Assembly: GCA_963691875.1 (NCBI GenBank)
Contig: OY829846.1
Span: forward strand, 1,600,001 to 1,664,000
Direction: 5' to 3'
Length of the DNA: 64,000 nucleotides
From: Aureliella sp.
Lineage (GTDB): Bacteria > Planctomycetota > Planctomycetia > Pirellulales > Pirellulaceae
Positions 62,895 through 64,000 of the stretch are shown in pieces (position 1 is the first letter of the stretch; every line of letters starts with the position of its first letter). The position numbers were made by a program, and so were the translations under genes. The notes beneath the pieces were generated by a model. The model ran no database searches. It saw nothing but the letters and a program-made list of their open reading frames with translations, and was not told where the DNA came from.

Positions 62895-63887
62895 ATGGCA
62901 AGCTTGATAGGACGTCTTACATTGAGAGTTAAACGCACATTGAATTTCGCTTTTTTCCTATTATTTTTATTTTCGCTTTATACGAGTGCCCACGCTGCTG
63001 ATCCCTATGCAATCGTGTTGGGAACCGCGCAGGACGGGGGATTTCCTCAAGCAGGATGTAGTAAGAAATGCTGTGCGACGGCTTGGAAGGACATTACCAA
63101 ACGGCGTTTTGTTTCATGCGTCGCCATCGTCGATCCAGACAGCGGACAGCGATGGATGCTTGATTGCACTCCTGATTTTCGCGACCAGCTACGTCTGTTA
63201 GATCAGGCTCAGCCAAAGCGTGCGGATGGTCCATTACTAGACGGCATTTTTCCGACTCATGCACATGTGGGACACTACACCGGATTGATGATGCTGGGGC
63301 GAGAAGTACTCGGAGCGCAATCTGTTCCGGTCTACGCGATGCCTAAAATGAAGTATTTTCTGGAGAGCAATGGCCCTTGGAGTCAGTTGGTGAAGTTAAA
63401 CCAGATCGAAGTAAAGCGTCTTGCGGCAGGCCAGGCGTCAAGACTCAATGAGCGAATTACCATTACTCCGTTCCTAGTACCTCACCGCGACGAATTTTCT
63501 GAAACAGTCGGTTTCATCGTGACGGGCCCCCATGCCAAACTTGCCTATTTGCCAGATATCGATAAGTGGGAACGATGGGAGGTGAAGATAGAGTCGCTGA
63601 TCGCTGATGTAGACCATGCCTTATTAGACGGAACCTTTTTCGACTCTAACGAGTTGCCGGGCCGGGACATGTCGGAGATCCCACATCCCTTTGTTCAGGA
63701 GAGTTTGGGGAGGTTTGCGACACTAGAATCGACGGAGCGCCAAAAAGTGCAGTTCATCCACTTGAACCATTCGAACCCGCTCTTACACGCTAAAAGTGAA
63801 GCTCGAGCGACAGTTCAGAATGCTGGATCTCGGCTCGCTCGTCAATGGAATCCACGCACTCCGCAGCTAGCGAGAATCCGCCTTTAG
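62895..63887 (+). CDS. PqqB-like metallo-beta-lactamase-fold hydrolase
   Basis: VLGTAQDGGFPQAGC, DCTPD, THAHVGHYTG, VPHRDE, LDGTFF, IHLNHSN; no other pqq genes in the window. Confidence 0.8.
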   Translation: MASLIGRLTLRVKRTLNFAFFLLFLFSLYTSAHAADPYAIVLGTAQDGGFPQAGCSKKCCATAWKDITKRRFVSCVAIVDPDSGQRWMLDCTPDFRDQLRLLDQAQPKRADGPLLDGIFPTHAHVGHYTGLMMLGREVLGAQSVPVYAMPKMKYFLESNGPWSQLVKLNQIEVKRLAAGQASRLNERITITPFLVPHRDEFSETVGFIVTGPHAKLAYLPDIDKWERWEVKIESLIADVDHALLDGTFFDSNELPGRDMSEIPHPFVQESLGRFATLESTERQKVQFIHLNHSNPLLHAKSEARATVQNAGSRLARQWNPRTPQLARIRL

Positions 63888-64000
63888 CCCAGCTCGTGAT
63901 GCTGATCTAGGCTCACCCGCGACGAGCTCGCAGTACTGCATGACATTTCGATGCGCTGCGGAGTGAGCGCGAAGAGTCTCGTGCCCCCTCTGACAAGCTC

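Noticed and set aside
62895..63887. PQQ biosynthesis locus
   Set aside because: Only a PqqB-like fold is present; no pqqA/C/D/E is visible, so no gene symbol was assigned

Overview
A chromosomal segment from a Planctomycete, probably Pirellulaceae-like. This is inferred from the DUF1559 prepilin-like genes, a DUF1592/DUF1552 pair, ECF/FecR genes and eight Cys-type sulfatase genes. Housekeeping genes (3' end of ligA, glgX, truB, thrC, an HtrA protease, a cold-shock protein, tRNA-Leu(CAG), a CAT-anticodon tRNA) are interspersed with many polysaccharide/sulfate-ester enzymes and several decaying genes. A degraded tyrosine integrase directly after tRNA-Leu starts a probable genomic island (about 16.2-29/30 kb). 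It carries an ECF sigma/anti-sigma-led sulfatase-GH29-sulfatase-sulfatase module, an alpha-carbonic anhydrase, a porin pseudogene and an IS630 remnant. The most unusual items are (i) two ~120-bp structured direct repeats, each just downstream of a minus-strand gene, bracketing a decayed PEP-CTERM-like gene, (ii) a sulfatase-PhoD fusion protein, and (iii) a SigK-type promoter match ahead of a fasciclin-vWA gene pair. No CRISPR array, rRNA or complete defence system was seen. All family assignments come from motif recognition by eye, not database searches.
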